Source: a virus (taxonomy: Duplodnaviria; Caudoviricetes). From it: DNA of 26,142 nt. Within the stretch, counting starts at the first letter, position 1. The number at the start of each line of letters is the position of its first letter. The stretch spans positions 1 to 26,142 of the IMG/VR virus record IMGVR_UViG_3300012346_000500; one strand, given 5' to 3'. The notes under the pieces were generated by a model. It had not been told where the DNA came from. It worked only from the letters and a program-made list of their open reading frames with translations, and did not search any database. Positions 23,265 through 26,142 of the stretch are shown here, piece after piece. The position numbers were made by a program, and so were the translations under genes.

Positions 23265-24113
23265 ATGTTTGGATTATTTTTGTTGGCCATTGTTGCCATT
23301 GTGATTACGGTTGCTATTATCGTATTGTTTAACCAGAAAACACTTGCTGCAATAGCTGGTGCTTTCGTATTCGTTATTGGTGTGATTGCACAATCGTTCA
23401 CCGTTATTAGTGCAGGCCATACTGGTGTGCAAGTTACATTGGGTGAGGTCAATCCCAAACCATTGACCGAAGGCGTACACTTTGTTAACCCTATTTCATC
23501 CATTAAAGATATTGATGTGCGAGTACAGAAGGCACAATTAGATGGACAATCCGCAGGCACCAAAGACTTGCAACAAGTGCATACCGATATTGTTATTAAC
23601 TATCGTATGAGTCCACAGAACCTACCACATATCTACAAAGAGTTTGGTTTAGATATTGCAAGTAAGATTCTTGGTCCAGCAATTAATGATGCATTTAAAG
23701 CAGTGACTGGTCGTTTCACCAGTGAAGAATTGATTACCAAACGTGATGTTGTATCACAAGAGATTCTGGCACACTTGCGAGAAAAGGTTGCAGCGTTTGA
23801 TATTGAAGTATCCAACGTATCATTGGTTAATTTTGGATTCTCTGCTGCGTACCAAAATGCCATTGAACAAAAGGTGATTGCTACACAACAAACAGCAAAG
23901 GCACAACAAGACTTGGAACGTATTAAGATTGAAGCTGCATCACGTATTGCACAGGCAGATGGTGAAGCGAAAGCGATTGCTATTCAGGCTGCTGCGATTC
24001 AATCCAATGGTGGCCAAAACTATGTGCAGTTGCAATGGATTGAAAAGTGGGATGGTAAGTTGCCAACACATATGTTGCAAGGCGGCCAAACACTAATGAA
24101 TATCGGTAAATAA
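23265..24113 (+). CDS. SPFH/Band 7/prohibitin family membrane protein
   Basis: N-terminal TMs, VISAGHTGV...G.V, TKDLQQV, F.SEELITKR, AIEQKV.A.Q, AxGEAxA coiled coil, WIEKWDGKLP. Confidence 0.92.
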   Translation: MFGLFLLAIVAIVITVAIIVLFNQKTLAAIAGAFVFVIGVIAQSFTVISAGHTGVQVTLGEVNPKPLTEGVHFVNPISSIKDIDVRVQKAQLDGQSAGTKDLQQVHTDIVINYRMSPQNLPHIYKEFGLDIASKILGPAINDAFKAVTGRFTSEELITKRDVVSQEILAHLREKVAAFDIEVSNVSLVNFGFSAAYQNAIEQKVIATQQTAKAQQDLERIKIEAASRIAQADGEAKAIAIQAAAIQSNGGQNYVQLQWIEKWDGKLPTHMLQGGQTLMNIGK

Positions 24114-24114
24114 T

Positions 24115-24375
24115 ATGGGTGTATTAGATTTTACATGGAATGCCATTCAATCTGACCAAATTGGTGACCTTGATGAAAAGGTTGAAGCATTAGAGAAAGA
24201 CATGGCCACAGCACGTGCATGGGTTGAATACCTTAATGAACGTTTAACCAAGTATGAAACCATGTTTAATCATATGCCACCTGAAGCAATGACTGATGAA
24301 GAAAAACGTGCCTATGCCTTTGGTTGGTTCAAAGCATTGGAAGTTGAAAGGTTGAAGAATGAACGAACGAATTAA
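24115..24375 (+). CDS. hypothetical protein
   Basis: Short coiled coil; tiles the operon. Confidence 0.65.
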   Translation: MGVLDFTWNAIQSDQIGDLDEKVEALEKDMATARAWVEYLNERLTKYETMFNHMPPEAMTDEEKRAYAFGWFKALEVERLKNERTN

Positions 24376-24580
24376 AGAACTTTGGGACCAAGCAGCCAAA
24401 CTTGAATCGGATCCTTCTTGGGAAGGCCAAACAAAGTTCATGGATAAGTTTGCTGAGTTACTGATTGTCAAGTGTGCCAATATTATCTGGCACGAAGCAG
24501 ACATGAAAGACAGTGCCGAAATCAATGAAGGTGGTTATAAGATACTGGAACATTTTGGTATTGACTGGAGAGTAAAATGA
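24359..24580 (+). CDS. MNERIKEL-type small phage protein (paralog 1)
   Basis: MNERIKEL..QA...KFAELLI..C...I..HFG. Confidence 0.75.
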   Translation: MNERIKELWDQAAKLESDPSWEGQTKFMDKFAELLIVKCANIIWHEADMKDSAEINEGGYKILEHFGIDWRVK

Positions 24581-24762
24581 ACGAACGATTGAAAGAGTTG
24601 GCAGTCCAAGCAAAGATTCAAATGGTGAGTGAACCAAGATTGGAAGAATTTGCAGAGTTGATTATTAATGCCTGTTGCTGTATGATGCTCCGAATGGAAG
24701 AGAAATATCCGGCAAACCTAATGGCCAAGCAAATTAAGCAATATTATGGAGTGGAAGAATGA
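24577..24762 (+). CDS. MNERIKEL-type small phage protein (paralog 2)
   Basis: MNERLKEL..QA...EFAELII..C...I..YYGV. Confidence 0.75.
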   Translation: MNERLKELAVQAKIQMVSEPRLEEFAELIINACCCMMLRMEEKYPANLMAKQIKQYYGVEE

Positions 24763-24959
24763 GAGAAATTGAATTAGCAGAGGAAATGGCATTAGAATCG
24801 GCCTTTCGTTTTATCATGCTTATGCCACGATGGAATGATGATGACCTAATCTGTAGGATGGCGGAGGAAGAAGGATTGGACGGCAACCTTATCTGGCTTA
24901 CTAGGCAAGTCCTAATGGGTCCTGCGTTGATCCATATCGCCACAGGCAAGACCGTATAG
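24759..24959 (+). CDS. hypothetical protein
   Basis: ATGA-coupled ORF. Confidence 0.6.
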   Translation: MREIELAEEMALESAFRFIMLMPRWNDDDLICRMAEEEGLDGNLIWLTRQVLMGPALIHIATGKTV

Positions 24960-25006
24960 TAATACTTTAGTTCTCCATCGGACAATGTGAGAACTTTTGT
25001 CGTATC

Positions 25007-25034
25007 TTGCCATTTTGGCTGGTTCCGTTATAAT
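25007..25034 (+). promoter_or_regulatory. sigma70-type promoter of the AAA+ ATPase gene
   Basis: TTGCCA-N16-TATAAT; flanks closely match those of the 18719 promoter. Confidence 0.8.
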
Positions 25035-25062
25035 ACGTGTATTGATTGATTAGGACATAGCA

Positions 25063-25947
25063 ATGACACAAGTAGTTTTCAAAGACGGTAAGTACCAAGC
25101 AGTTATCAATGGCAAGACTGTTAAGCGCACTAAAAAAGAGCATATGGACTATGTGCTGCGCTCTGCTGGTTTGGCACCTAATGCTGTTGAGGCTGTGCCT
25201 GCCAAAGAATCCCGTTTCACTATCAATGAGCGATTCAATTTTGTATCCGACATGGTGACTATGTTGTGTAATGGCGCACAACCATCCGTTGTTATCACTG
25301 GTCCTGGTGGTTTAGGTAAGTCTTATACTGTGTCCAAAACACTAGAAGCAAATGGTTTCAAAGATATCTCCATCATGGACGAATCATTCGAGGTCGGCAC
25401 TAAGGTTTCAGGTAAGAAATTCATTGTTGTGAAAGGTCACAGCACACCAAAAGGTTTGTACCGTTTGCTGTTTGAGAATAAAGATGGCGTCATTGTGTTT
25501 GATGACTGTGATAGCGTACTCAAGGATCCAGTATCGTTGAACCTGTTGAAAGGCGCATTGGATTCCTATTCACGCCGTATTATCTCATGGCGTGCTGATA
25601 TCAAAGACGAAGACCTGCCTACAACCTTTGAATTTAAAGGTCGTGTGGTTTTTATCTCCAATTTGGCATCATCACAGATTGACCAAGCTATCATTACCCG
25701 TTCCATGGCCGTTGACCTGTCCATGACCACACAGCAAAAGGTTGACCGTATGCGTCACATTCTGGAATCTGGTGAGTTTATGCCTGAAGCCAACAAGCAA
25801 CACAAACTTGATGCTATTGCCTTGGTTGAAGAATTGCAAGATAATGTCAAAGAGTTGTCATTGCGTACACTCATTCAGGTAACAAAAATCCGTGCTAATG
25901 CAGGTGCCAATTGGCGTAACCTTGCTGAGTACACAATCTGTGGTTAA
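25063..25947 (+). CDS. AAA+ ATPase with small basic N-terminal domain
   Basis: Walker A GPGGLGKS, Walker B VIVFDDCD, sensor-1 VVFISN, Arg finger AIITRS, sensor-2 LSLR. Confidence 0.88.
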   Translation: MTQVVFKDGKYQAVINGKTVKRTKKEHMDYVLRSAGLAPNAVEAVPAKESRFTINERFNFVSDMVTMLCNGAQPSVVITGPGGLGKSYTVSKTLEANGFKDISIMDESFEVGTKVSGKKFIVVKGHSTPKGLYRLLFENKDGVIVFDDCDSVLKDPVSLNLLKGALDSYSRRIISWRADIKDEDLPTTFEFKGRVVFISNLASSQIDQAIITRSMAVDLSMTTQQKVDRMRHILESGEFMPEANKQHKLDAIALVEELQDNVKELSLRTLIQVTKIRANAGANWRNLAEYTICG

Positions 25948-25948
25948 T

Positions 25949-26137
25949 ATGTTGGTATTGTTATTTAAAATTTGGTGCACCTGTTTGATTTTGACCGTGC
26001 CGTGTTTGATGTTGCATGATTTTCCAAAGAAACCAAAGGGAACATTTGACATGGTGGTCACCATCGCCACGGCAGCATTCGTTGTTCTGGATATTCTGTT
26101 GTTGTTTGTATTGATGATTATGGCAATTTGGATTTAA
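25949..26137 (+). CDS. small two-TM membrane protein
   Basis: Two hydrophobic helices. Confidence 0.6.
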   Translation: MLVLLFKIWCTCLILTVPCLMLHDFPKKPKGTFDMVVTIATAAFVVLDILLLFVLMIMAIWI

Positions 26138-26142
26138 AAGAA

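Noticed and set aside
1-26142. Stop-codon reassignment, tRNA genes or T4 late promoters (TATAAATA)
   Set aside because: Genes tile densely with the standard code; I saw no cloverleaf/T-loop pattern and no exact TATAAATA on manual reading, which may miss some.

Overview
This 26 kb window comes from a T4-like (Tevenvirinae-related, cyano-/pelagiphage-style) myovirus of a Gram-negative host. It uses the standard genetic code, and I found no tRNA, CRISPR array or intron. Layout: (1) 559-3603, lysis/membrane module with a two-component spanin, GH19 endolysin and several holin-like membrane proteins; (2) 3626-11503, replication and nucleotide metabolism (gp61 primase, ThyX, MazG-like protein, NrdA-thioredoxin-NrdB, EndoII-like GIY-YIG nuclease, T4 RNase H, degenerate cytidylyltransferase); (3) 11511-17244, early accessory genes (AbrB-like, HExxH-peptidase/vWA, second MazG, stand-alone NAD-ligase Ia domain); (4) 17385-18558, a short reverse-strand block including a GP88-like Fe-S protein; (5) about 18560-19110, a non-coding divergence point; (6) 19115-26137, a host-takeover-type array of small ORFs, an SPFH protein and an AAA+ ATPase driven by many sigma70-type promoters. 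The most striking signal is the non-coding divergence point. It holds an oriC-like cluster of DnaA boxes (two convergent 11-bp-period pairs plus one more), a perfect-consensus promoter that drives no evident ORF into that cluster, and short iteron-like repeats, and it appears to coincide with a switch in strand composition. Together these suggest a host-DnaA-recruiting origin or a DnaA sink. A second system is a 25-bp imperfect palindrome (ATACYYGACC-N5-GGTCRRGTAT) at fixed distances upstream of six early promoters. All family assignments come from motif recognition only; no searches were run.
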